Notes: generated by a model not told the origin, from the letters alone. Counted from the first letter of the stretch, positions 49,753 through 62,152 are shown. The stretch is 64,000 nt of DNA from Octopus sinensis (GCF_006345805.1 NC_043008.1:11532001-11596000), one strand, 5' to 3'. Numbers and translations are program-made.

Positions 49753-51044
49753 ACATGTCTTCCTTTTAATCTATTTCGACATCTGATCGAAAATGGGAAT
49801 GCCAGAGTTTGTTTGCTACAAAGATTCGGTCTGTAGGATTACTTCGACTTAGATTATAATTGTATTCGTTAGACTAACTTTACTTTGAATTGAGACGTAT
49901 AAAATGAAAATTCGCACGTTTCTAAAACTACCAAATGTGACAAAGTAACAGCACAATCATGAACTCACGCTCACAAATACACACAAATATACTACTAAGA
50001 AAGAGAACATACACAGCACATTCACAAGTTTACTATCACAAGCATTCAAAAATACACACACACACATACAGACTCACACACGCACATTCATAGATCACGT
50101 ATTTTAAGAAATCCACATCGCTTCTATCATCACAACATACTTCTATACAGTAAGTACGAACTTTAAAATAAATACTTATATCATGTTAAGTCATGAACTC
50201 CTTAACTAGTTTCATCGACCTCGACGTTTTTCCATATCATTTATTCTCTTATGCTATTCTATATTGCCACATTATCGCCCCATATGCGTGACATTTTCAA
50301 CTATTTTGCTATACCTCTTATTATTTTCGATATCTCCTGTCAGGAATTCTTTCAAACCGCTTGTTCTGGCACCGTAATAAAAAGTTTTATACTTCTCTCT
50401 TCTAAGAGTACTAAATATCTAATAAGATTTCGGTTATTCACTTCTGTTATCTTTGTCTCATAAGTATAGTTCTTTATTTTGTAATACACAATGAGTATAT
50501 CTTCCTTTCGGCAAACGCGTAACACTTATTTAAAGTAAGAATCGTGTTACCTTCCATATTGTTTCGTATCTATTACTTCTTAAATAGATTTATATTTGCC
50601 TTTCTGTTCGGTTTCTCTTTTCTTTTACCAACTTATATTCTAACAAGTAGGTATCCAAAATTCAGACTTTTGTATTCCTATCCTTCTCCAAACATTTTAA
50701 TGGTATTACTTTGCCACACCTGCATCTGGCACTTCTTTTACTTAAAGTTGTTTTCTTTATGATTTCGACGATATATACTTTCATATTTCATATCTGTGTA
50801 GTTTTTTATTGATCGTCCCTAGACGTCTACTGATCCTGTTTGCTTTCGTTTCCACTCTTCCTTTTATTTCTAATAATACAATTTGTGTAGTGTATGTTTG
50901 CATTTGATTTTAACATTTATTTCATTTGATGTATCAAAGTTGGTTTTGTTGTTTTTCTCCATCAAAATTGAGAAAAGCCGATCAAAAAAATATTTCAAAT
51001 GATATATTTGCCATCTCTTGTTTAGTTGGTGTTGCTGTTGTTGC

Positions 51045-51075
<31 letters not shown>

Positions 51076-51190
51076 CTTCTTCTTCATCATCATTACCTTC
51101 TTCTTCTGCTTCTTCTCCTTCTTTAACATTTTCCTTTTCTTTTTAATATTAATAATTATTATTGTTATAATAATAATAATAATAATAATA

Positions 51191-52250
51191 CGGAATTAGA
51201 GATAGATATACAAGAAACAAGCACAGAAAAAGCTAGGCGCATGAAAACCCGTGCCAAAACTGCGGCCTTAGATATTCTGAATAATAAATGGCAAGAAAAA
51301 CCTCTCTATGGCAAATACCCAAAGAGAGCGAATAATGCAGATATCGACAAAGCCCTGACCCATCAATGGCTAATGGGCTCTGGCTTAAAATCTGAAACAG
51401 AGGGGTTTATCATAGCAGATCAAGATCAATGCCTACCAACAAGAAACTACCAGGCCAACATATTAAAGAACGGCAGTAGCCCAACATGTCGTGTATGCCG
51501 ACAACAAAATGAAACCATTGACCATGTTGTCTCCAAATGCAGTCTTCTAGCGCCTACAGAGTACCTCAGTAGGCATGATAGAGCTGCACAATATATTCAC
51601 TGGGTAATTTGCAAAAACCTGGATATGCCCCATGAAAAAAAATGGTGGGAACACAATCCACCTCCTGTGCTTGAAAATGACCACATCTCACTCCTCTGGA
51701 ACTTCACCATTCAAACTGACAGGAAGATAGATGCAAATAGGCCAGACATTTTATTGAAAGAATTCAGACAAAGAACATGCCTCCTCATTGATATGACTGT
51801 CCCAATCGATATAAACGTATCTGTCAAGACCTACCAAAACTGAGCAAATATAAAGATCTTGAAATAGAAATCAGCAAAATGTGGAAGCTGAAGACTAAAA
51901 CAATACCTGTTGTCATAGGTACCCTGGGAATGATAGCGAAAGGGACTGATTGCTACCTAACTCAGATACCAGGAAACCCCAAAATGGCAGAAATTCAAAA
52001 GATAGTGCTCATGGGAACTGCTCATATCCTACGCAAAATACTCTCTATGTAATCCCAAGGTTTAAAACAAAATTTTTATTTTTATCTATTTTTTTTTATG
52101 TATTAGACATTCACTAGTACAACACCAAAAAAAAAAAGGAAAATAAAAACCCCAAATATATGGCACAGAACTTCCAACCTGTTGTCTCTTGAGGTCTCTG
52201 GGTGAGACTTGGAGCCAACTTGTACAGACATAAAGCAAAAGTCAAACATA
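51191..52250 (+). mobile_element. 5'-truncated Dong/R4-clade LINE (restriction-like endonuclease) in (TAA)n
   Basis: CCHC knuckle CRVCRQQNETIDHVVSKC, RHD, RPDILL..IDMTVP, 1-nt frameshift near 51840, then LSKYKDLEIE..PVVIGTLG..ILRKILSM* (stop 52052); TAA repeats on both sides. Confidence 0.9.
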
Positions 52251-52267
52251 GAATAATAATAATAATA

Positions 52268-52314
<47 letters not shown>

Positions 52315-52705
52315 TAATAATAATAATAATATATTACATTCTCGATGTGTCTGAGCCAAGTGCTGCTCATATTTTGTGCCAGTAAAATTTATTATTTGCT
52401 TGACTCTGCCGGTATTTCTTAGTTACCATGATTTGTTTTATGTGAAAAGAAGCATTTTTTTTATATATATACTTTTCTAATGAAGCCACTAAAAACATAC
52501 TGCATCGTTCATTTTCTAACCACGGATGCAAGAATACGTGCCTTTATGATGGTTTTAAATTTTGATGTATGTAAAAAATAGTTAACCTAATAATCAAGAA
52601 TAATATAGTATAATATAGTATAATAGTATAATAATATAGTATAATATATAATTATGTAGTATATTACATAACTTAGTATATTAGTATATAATGTAATATA
52701 TTACA

Positions 52706-52955
52706 TAACCAAAAGTTTGGAACAATTTTTCGAAATTTAAAATTATTATGTCCATATACAATTCGATTCAGTTTTATACAACTTAGAGGTATACATATCT
52801 AATAACTAATCCAATATTTCAATTCTAATTTTCGTACCTATGTTCCAAACTTTTAGCCAAATAATAATATATTGCAAATATATTATAACTTTGGCCAAAT
52901 AAAATATAAAAATACTAATTTTTATACCTGTTCCAAACTTCTGGCCACGAAGGTA
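52706..52955. mobile_element. Tc1-type MITE remnant with duplicated right TIR
   Basis: CCAAAAGTTTGGAACA at 52709; reverse complements at 52841-52859 and 52929-52955. Confidence 0.5.
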
Positions 52956-53018
52956 CACATTTTGGTTTTCGTAATTATCCCAGTGATCTCTACAACAGCC
53001 ATATTATATAGTCTGTAA

Positions 53019-53186
53019 GGCGGCGAGCTGGCAGAAACGTTAGCACGCCGGGCGAAATGCGTAGCCGTATTTCGTCTGCCGTTACGTTCTAAGTTCAAAT
53101 TCCGCCGTGATTGATTTTGCCTTTAACTTTGTCTGTCCTTGTTTGTCCCCTCTATGTTTAGCCCCTTGTGGGTAGTAAAGAAATAT
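53019..53186 (+). mobile_element. SINE family B with central deletion
   Basis: Head and tail match; the GCCTTTCATCC..GTACCAG block is missing. Confidence 0.85.
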
Positions 53187-55836
53187 ATATTCATACATTA
53201 AAAGAGTAATATGTTTTTGAACCCCGAACCAATTTTTTATATTCATTCCTGTGTGAAAGTATACTGCTATATTGTAGTATGTCTACATGTACCATGATAT
53301 TTTTTACGTCTGTGTACATTCAAACACAAGAAGACATTTCGCTGCGAAAAAAGTCCATTTCTCGTTACATGTACATTTATTTTATTCAAAACTATTTAGC
53401 ATATCCTTTTACTCTTCTCTCAAAATTAAATGGATTTATTCCCTTCTAAATATCTACCTATATCTGGATTACTTCATATTTCACTATAATCAGTAGTATC
53501 ATTGCTACAATTATTTCAAAACGGTACATCATTTGCAGTTCTATCCTACGAAATGTCTTTGGCAGACAGAAGGGAACCGTTTATTTGTCTTGCAATACGT
53601 TGAGGAATTAATCCCTTATAAATTTTTATTCATATCTGTACAACATTTAACTTTCACACCAATCATTAAAACGAATAACTTATCCTATCGATTGTGTTAT
53701 ACATATCATATTGTGCATAATACGTAAATATAACGACATTTTATTATTGTGATACAGTAAGTGAATACAAGTCTGTCTATGAAAGAAAACTATCTAAATT
53801 TCAAAACTAAAACGTAAAAGATAAAATGTCATTGGTCGGTTTAATGCGAAAACGGACGCTATTGGTTTTATAGATTCAAAATAGAGGACAATGGATATCA
53901 AATGTATAATGTTTATATATTAGATAATAACTAAGCGATGGGAAAATAAATGTTATGACATAGCGCAAAATGAAATACAGAAATTAATAGAAGATGAGTT
54001 ACGACTTTTATTACAAATAGGATCAACAAACGTACGTATATTGTTTAATTTCTAGTAAGATACAGCGTGTTTGTGTCATGTCAAATGCTTCTTTTGTAAG
54101 CATAACATGGTAGAAACTGCGTAATGAGCAAAACAAAGGGGTTTAATTATTAGTTTTATATAACTGTGTGCAGTAAACGTATGATTGGATTAACAAGAGT
54201 ATAATTACTAAGTCTGTGATGGAATCTGTTTGATGACGATACTGCTGGCTATGGTTATCGAGGTTAAAATTGTTAATCTATGTAGTCAGTGCATGGAAGT
54301 TTATACAAAGCTGACCGGCAAGATTATCTAAACTCTTGTGTATATTCAAAATAAAATATAACTCTTAAATAGGGGGTGAGGTAATTTCAATAACTTACAA
54401 ATCAAATTTACTGGGGTTTGAACTATTAAAACATCTATATGTTTCATAGTTAAAACTGAAGGAGCGAAAACTTATCCCAGAATAACATCAGTATTTAATG
54501 AAAATATCAAGGGACGTGTTGAGTATAGGAAGAAAAATCGCAATATACATAAAGTAAAAATAAACGTATTACTTAACTATAGTTTGTGGTAAATATATAA
54601 ATGTTACATGCACTCAAATTGTGAGTAATAACGTATGTCATGTTAACTAGAAATGTTATAAAATGCCGCAGTAACCTAGCGTTACATCATCTGAAAATGA
54701 GGGAGGTGAGTAGAAATTAGATTAGATTCAAGTATAAATAGCGTGTTATTAATTCTACTAAATTAAAATTAAATGGAACGTTTCTAGGAACCTGGTTTGA
54801 TACTAGGAATAATAATATTAGTAATTTACAGAAAAGAAGTGAAGATTGATTTCTAACGCTAACAGATTATTAAAAGCTTTCAAATTATGTAAACATGCTG
54901 TTTCGCCGTGGGCGAATTCGATTAAGTATGAGCTATATTCTGTAACAATTACTAATGCGTTTTCTAATAAAAATAGGTATATGTTTTAACATATTCTTTA
55001 CGAGGGAAATATGAAAGCCTATAATGGTTTTAAAAATAGCCTAATTAAGGGTTTGTGATCTTAAAGGATTAGCAAACAATCATCAGATATAACATCCGCC
55101 CACATACTTCTTGGGTAGATGTCATAATTGGTAATTGTAGAGAAGGATGTATGTCGAGGTGAATTATGGTCACATTCTAAATGTGAATCTGATTAGACTT
55201 GATATTAAGAACAATATTAAGTTTAGAAAATGATATACATGGGGAAATAGATTTCAATCGAATTGAATGCTCTGGTTATATACAGAATATATGATATTAC
55301 AAATAATACAGAAGGAGTAATATACCAAAATGCAACGTTTCTTACAAGGGAAGCATACGAATTATGGTTAAGTATCATATAATATACGGGTTAGTCAATA
55401 AGTAAGAAAAAATAGCTACGAATTACGATGGGTTTAAGTTCAAAGCAGCAAATACAAAGATTTACATGAGAAAAATTTAATATAATGTAATAAAATACAA
55501 TCGAAAGATTGTAATATAATATAATATAATATATTATATAATATAATAATAATATATAATATACTATAATATAATATAATGTAATATAATATAATATAAT
55601 ATATTATACACACAGGCAAACACATACAGAAACACAGACACACAACACACACACACACATATATATGGGGGAAATATAATAGGTGATTAACAAGCTACAG
55701 ACCTAACGCTATAATCTTGGAAAAAGTATATACGAATGTTTACCTCATAGACTTAAGTGTTTATTTAAGGGATTCTCGCTTCTTAATCCTCCGATATATA
55801 TAAAATACTGTACTAAGAAATTTTTAAATATTATTC

Positions 55837-55889
<53 letters not shown>

Positions 55890-55949
55890 CAAATGTGCGT
55901 GTGTGTGTGTGAGCGCGCGCATTCTTGTCAATGTATATATATATAGTTT

Positions 55950-56147
55950 GCTCTTTTGTTTCAGTCATTTGACTGCAGCCATGCTGGAGCACCGCATTTG
56001 GTCGAGAAAATCAACCCCAGGACTTATTATTTGTAAGCCTAGTACTTATTCTGTCGGTCTCTTTTGCCAAACCGCTAAGTTTCGGGGACGTAAACACACC
56101 AGCATCAGTTGTCAAGCGATGTTGGGGGGACAAACACAGACACACAA

Positions 56148-56185
<38 letters not shown>

Positions 56186-56343
56186 GACGGGCTTCTTTCA
56201 GTTTCCGTCTACCAAATCCACTCACAAGGCTTTGGTCGGCCTGTGGCTATAGTAGAAGACACTTGCCCAAGGTGCCACGCAGTGGGACTGAACCCGGGAC
56301 TATGCGGTTGGTAAGCAAGCTACTTACCATACAGCCACTCCTG
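55950..56343 (-). mobile_element. SINE family A, full length
   Basis: Matches consensus. Confidence 0.9.
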
Positions 56344-56898
56344 TATACACATAGCAGGAAGGAGAAAATGAAAACGCAGATAGATGCACTTTAAAATATT
56401 GTTCGACAGACACATTAACATCATCAAATACCCTTTGAATATTTCAAACATTCCAGAAATAAATTATTCCGAGTGACACGGACATTGAGAATAACGATTT
56501 TATCTGTTAATGTATAACGAATTAGATGCGAATTTCTTCCTTTGGGCAATTATTCTAATTGAACACCGATATATTTAAAGGCTGCATAATTAAACGTTGG
56601 TTTGAAACATTGCTTTAATTTCGCCTCCAGAAACGTATATGGCAGAATATTTTAGATATATCACGGCCTTCTCGTAGATGTATGCGAATAAAATTTGCTT
56701 CGATGTGGTGGAACGTGTAAATATTCATTTGAAATCGAGAAAAAAACTATGCCTCTGCTCATGTTAATGATTGCACTTTTAAAAATGTCTCGCATTGATT
56801 TCTTTAATGGTCGGTAAAAACACAGCAGGAACAAATAAATAATTTCAAGTACACACGCATACACATATACACACTCACTCACTCACACATATATACGC

Positions 56899-56931
<33 letters not shown>

Positions 56932-56953
56932 TGTATGTATGTATGTATGTATG

Positions 56954-57030
<77 letters not shown>

Positions 57031-57031
<1 letters not shown>

Positions 57032-57290
57032 GAATCCTTAAATCCTTAAAAATGTTTCAGCCTGAAAGCTGCGGCCGTGCTGGGGCACCACCGTTGAAAG
57101 AGCTACACTAGTATGTGAAACTACCTCGGATACGTGGCACTTGGTCAACATGGGAGTTCCAGGCCGCTACCCGCATCTGTATTTTCTGCCGAGAGGTAGG
57201 TTCATCTGGAACCCCTGACAAGAAGAGATCCAATTTAATTTTAAAGAAACCCATATCCACACCATGCTGGGCTCTAAACTTTGTATATAT
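57031..57290 (-). pseudogene. CR1-clade LINE 3' end (ORF C-terminus, short 3' UTR, tandem tail)
   Basis: KFRAQHGVDMGFFKIKLDLFLSGVPDEP..RVAAWNSHVDQ; 3' end GGTGGTGCCCCAGCACGGCCGCAGCTTTCAGGCTGAAACA then (ATTTAAGG)-like repeats. Confidence 0.8.
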
Positions 57291-57683
57291 ACATACATAC
57301 ATATATATATTATATTAAATTAGAGATAAAATTTTAATACTTTTGATATATATTTAAAATAATATAAATTAATTAATTTTATGTATTAATTTTAAGTTTT
57401 TCATTGTTTGATTTGCCTAATAGTGGTTTTACCTCTAATTTAATGTAATATAATATTTTACTATAAAATTGGATTCAATCCTAAATCTGATTTTTCCCTG
57501 TAAGTTTGGATTTATTCCCTAATATTTTATTATGTATATATATATACATATATATGCATGCAAAGTTTAGAGGACTGACCACTAAAGTGAACAGTCTATA
57601 TGCTAAACATAGACGTCAAATCACTATTACCACGAAAAATGTGTTCTCCAGAAAAATCTCAGCAAAAAAATACAAAACAAAAT

Positions 57684-57794
57684 CTAAAAATAAGCAAGAC
57701 AAATGAAAATATACGAAATAGAAAACGAATACCTATGTACCTATGTTTTTTATTTTAGATTTCGTATATTTTCATTGGTCTTGCTTATTTTTAG
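57684..57794. repeat. Inverted repeat, ~42-bp arms
   Basis: CTAAAAATAAGCAAGACAAATGAAAATATACGAAAT versus ATTTCGTATATTTTCATTGGTCTTGCTTATTTTTAG. Confidence 0.8.
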
Positions 57795-58247
57795 TGAACC
57801 CGGTTAGCAATCCAATACGGTAGTGTGTAATGCAGAGGTACTCTATGCAAGTTCGAAACTTCTATGCAAACTGTTAACCCGACCAGAAGGGAAAGGAGTT
57901 CTTTCAATTTTTTCTGGTCGTAATGATATCATATATAATGCAATCAATCATGCGTTAATTACATAGAGGGAAGCAAGCCAGTGTTTTCTCAATCACTGTT
58001 ATTCCCATTTGGAATCGTATTATTTCGTAGGAGTTGTGTTTGTACATAGGAACATACCAAACGATTTTTTTTATAGGCGCTGTCCATGTCAAACAATTAA
58101 TCAAAAATATTGATTTCACCTACCAATTCTGTAAGACAGCGGAAATTTCTCGGGTTCATTTATGACCGTGTATATCAAATGTATGTATATGCCGGAGATA
58201 TTACAGCTGAAAACTGATTAAACTCCACACGATATATCACACAGAAT

Positions 58248-58452
58248 GGCGGTGAGCTGGCAGAAACGTTAGCGCGCCGGGAAAAAGCTTAGCGGTATTT
58301 CGTCTACCGTTACGTTCTGAGTTCAAATTCCGACTTTGCCTTTCATCATTTCGGGGTCGATAAATTAAGTACTAGTTACGCACTGGGGTCGATATAATCG
58401 ACTTAATCCGTTTGTCTGTCCTTAATTGTCTGTGGGTAGTCAAGAAATAGAT
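58248..58452 (+). mobile_element. SINE family B
   Basis: Matches consensus with small deletions. Confidence 0.85.
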
Positions 58453-59119
58453 ATATCACAGAGAAGTAGTTTGGCCCCTATGTTTTACCAGCACCTGACC
58501 ATCAACCCTTACATCTCACTTTCACCCATTCTCTATCAAAAATATTCATTTCCCTTTCTCGGTAGTTTTCCTTCATTTCTTTATCGTTTCTAAATTCCAT
58601 CTCCCATACGAGTCTCTGTCCCCTATCTGTCAATTTCACAAATATTTATGAACTCATATATTTACACACAGGATTTTATAAAGAACCATTATACGCCGCT
58701 TCGTGGGAATTCCGGCTTCGATGTCATGATTCGTCGAGTGGATTATTAGGAAATGCAATTTGAAACCCAATAAAGTTCTGTTAAATGCTTTCGGAAATTG
58801 CAACGGAACTTACATGCATGCCTTTAGGCTACAAGAGCTAACATAATAGCCCTCAGTATTACTCAGTAATATATCTATGAAATCCGTCAGTCAATTATAT
58901 AAACAACATTGTTCCCAATATGCAGTCCACAATTATGCGATGAGTAATCAATAACTTGGGACAATATATATGTGTGTATTGTCCATATATATATATATAT
59001 ATAAATTATACATACATACATACTTAAATGCATACATATATATGTATATAGAGGAATTTTTTGTGTAATGAGATAAAAAACCAAGGGTGTGTAGATATTG
59101 GAACATTTATGGATAGAAG

Positions 59120-59171
59120 GTCTTACAGTTGTTTCCAGGATATATATTAATTATATTCCTTCTTCGTAGAC
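59120..59171 (-). ncRNA. Degenerate type I hammerhead (helix III ACA(G/A)CTGT)
   Basis: Minus strand GTCT-ACGAAGA-AGGA..TCCT-G-GAAA-CAACTG-TA-AGAC; helices I and II intact, core mutated. Confidence 0.5.
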
Positions 59172-59479
59172 GGCGTGAGAGTATGGTTAAGTCATAGTTA
59201 GTTTAGATGTGATACAAAATAGAATGTGAGGTGGAGGAAAGAAAATAGATGCAAGATATGTATGGATATTGAAGTTGTAAATCCCTTTTTTTAGGCAGAA
59301 TGGTATATATGTAATATTCCAATACCCTATGAGTCCAAAAGTCCAACAGAGTTTAAAATGGGTCCTTCGAAATATACAGATTATACACTATGTAAGATTG
59401 CCTTGTGAGTGAGATCCAGCATATATACATATATATATACGTATGTATGTACGTATGTATGTATGTATCTATGTATGTA

Positions 59480-59825
59480 TGCCTCAGTAAAGCTGGACTC
59501 AAGAGCAATCTTCGTTGTCATAAAGCGAGACAGATGAGTGACAACCTGGCCACTGGTGGTGGTGTTACACACCATACTAATTATGCCTCTCAGGCATGTG
59601 GAAGAGAGTGTAATTCGGCAGGAGGACTTAAACGGCATGCAAAGGTACGTGAAGCCCAGTTACAACTACAGCCGGCTATTACCAGTAAAGGTCTTAGTTG
59701 CCAATTTTGTAAAAGACATTTTAGATCTTTAGCTGCTTTAAAAAGTGACATTCGAGCACAGGACCAATAGCAGTTAAGCTTCGTGCAATGGCCATACTCG
59801 ATAACGAGGGGGCAGCCATCATCAT
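59480..59825 (+). pseudogene. 3' end of an RTE-like LINE with three degenerate C2H2-like fingers
   Basis: CLSKAGLKSNLRCH; ACGRECNSAGGLKRH; CQFCKRHFRSLAALKSDIR; short 3' UTR ending CTCGATAACGAGGGGGCAGC-(CAT)n. Confidence 0.55.
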
Positions 59826-61227
59826 GTATGTATGTATGTATATATCCACAGGTCGGAATGTTTGCAAACAGGCCGAAACTGCTGCGTATCCGAACGAAAA
59901 GTAGATGTACATAAATTGGTTCTCGTGTAATATTTTGTTCAGCATTATGTATTAGGTCTTCCGTATCTTATTTCCGCACCTCACTGGTTTAATGTGCATT
60001 GTTAATACAATGCTTGCTGATATCAACATATTCAATGACTACCTTAAATCTATAAGTTTCTGAAATGGTGTCTGTAGGAAAGCTGAACAATTTTTGTATC
60101 AATATTGATCAGACCCGATGTCATCTGCTACTCCCAATGGTCGGAATGCTGAGTAGATTATGATGTATGAGTGCAAGAGAAACACGATAGCATCATCGCT
60201 ACATTAGTGCCTCTCATCCCCCAGCTGTGTGCTGTCCTTATGCTGATGCATTTATATATCCTTGTAATCTTGTATTAGATGTGCCTCAGTTCCGGATCAC
60301 TATCCGTCACCTTGTTATTTCTAATTCCATGTAATTTCATATTCTGTGTGTTCTCAATTATCTCCGATCCTGATTTATTCACCGAATGTGATTTTCCCAC
60401 AAGGGAATTTAGACGTGGTACACTATAAAATTATGCTTTCACTATATACTCTCTGATACAGGAAAAGGACGGAAAATCGAAAATAGACATTGGAAGGCCG
60501 GAATATAAACTAAAATCTGTTGATATAACTGATGTCATGTTTATCTCACATTCCTAGTTTCTACAGAAGTGGTTTATAGATGACTTAATCGACTTTCTGG
60601 AAATGAGCCGTTATTGACTTCGCATGATCTCTTTCATTCTCCTACTTCATCTACCGTTACCTCCAATATGATGTTTGAAATCTCGCAGCATCCATATTCC
60701 TATCGCTATTAATATTTACGATTAATTTTGTTTTTGTCATCAATACATGCAGGAGAGCAATTATTAAATACCTAGGACATTTTGTTGACTACATTTTTAC
60801 TGAAACTTGTACCGATAATCTGCAGAAACTCTGGAATCATTTCGGAATAACTCTTGGAATTCAATACTCAGCGTTTCAGAATTAAAATTTAAATACTGCC
60901 GTATTATTGCATCGACAAGACCACAAGATGTTGTTATACACCGCTTGTCAAAATGCGCTTCTAATTTTGTCCCGATAACTAATAATTTAAAGATAAACAT
61001 TGCGAAAATATTCATAAGGTCTCATCTGCCTGACTCGCTAATAATTTTCGAGCGGGCAAGACAATTAGAGACAAATAGAATAAGAGCTGCAGGTGTTTCT
61101 ACAGAGGTACTGAAATCTAATGGCCAGTAAGAGTTTTGGGCACGATATAAAAAAAAGAAAGGAGAAAACGAAAACACATTCATAGTATTAAACATTTAGA
61201 AAATTACTTAAAAGAAATGATCATATA

Positions 61228-61410
61228 GGCGCAGGAGTGGCTGTGTGGTAAGTAGCTTGTTTACCTACCACATGGATCCGGGTTCATTCCCACAGCGTGA
61301 CATCTTGGGCAAGTGTTTTCTACTATAGCCTCGGGTAGACCAAAGCCTTGTGAGTGGATATGGTAGACGGAAACTGAAAGAAGCCCGTCTTATATATGTG
61401 TATATATATG
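61228..61410 (+). mobile_element. SINE family A, left half only
   Basis: Head through GAAGCCCGTC and a short TA tract, then replaced by another element. Confidence 0.85.
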
Positions 61411-61414
61411 ACCT

Positions 61415-61862
61415 TGCAGGTGGGGCCCAGGTAGAATTTTCTTCTCGTCGAGTAACCCATCCCGCTCAAAAGGTCCCTGAATGAGGGTTGTTTAAGTATG
61501 TTGAACGAACCACCCATGTTTCAGGAAGTGAATTATCCAAAACCCAAGGAATCCCTCTCATCACATGGCTATGATGCTCCCCCACTACTTCTGCCCGTGA
61601 TCAGAGATGCACATATCGTCAGCCACTAAGGGACATGGTCAACTGGTTAAGGTCAAATAACTGACAAGCAAATCTGTGGTATTGAGCAGAATATTTGCTG
61701 AAGGCCATCTTTTATACCAAGATAAACCCAAAGTACATGATAACACTTCCCATCAGTTAAGATCAGAAGCCACGAGAGCCACTGCCTGGAACTGCATCAG
61801 GGCATAAGCTACTGCATCAGGGCATGATTCTACATCTGGGCATGGTACTGCACCAAGGCATT
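61415..61862 (+). mobile_element. LINE-like 3' UTR fragment with tandem ACTGCATCAGGGCAT units and (TTA)n tail
   Basis: GC-richer non-coding block ending in 3-4 imperfect ACTGCATCAGGGCAT repeats then (TTA)n; recalled as a common octopus repeat, not verified. Confidence 0.55.
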
Positions 61863-61897
61863 TATTATTATTATTATTATTATCATTATTATTATTA

Positions 61898-61931
<34 letters not shown>

Positions 61932-62078
61932 GTTGTTGTTGTTGTTGTTGTTGTTATTATTATTATTAACATCACTATAGTTATTATTACTATTATTATA
62001 ATTATCATTATTATTATTAATAATAGTAGTAGTTGCAGCAGTAGCAATAGTAGTAGTAATAGTAGTAGTAGTAGTAGC

Positions 62079-62117
<39 letters not shown>

Positions 62118-62152
62118 AGCAGTAGTAGTAGTAGTAGTGGTAGTAGTAGTTA
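61860..62152. repeat. Compound trinucleotide array (TTA)n-(TTG)n-(TTA)n-(TAG)n-(CAG)n
   Basis: Direct reading. Confidence 0.95.

Noticed and set aside
60080-60270. Possible pogo transposase fragment (NIDQT...)
   Set aside because: One short motif only; the rest cannot be aligned by eye
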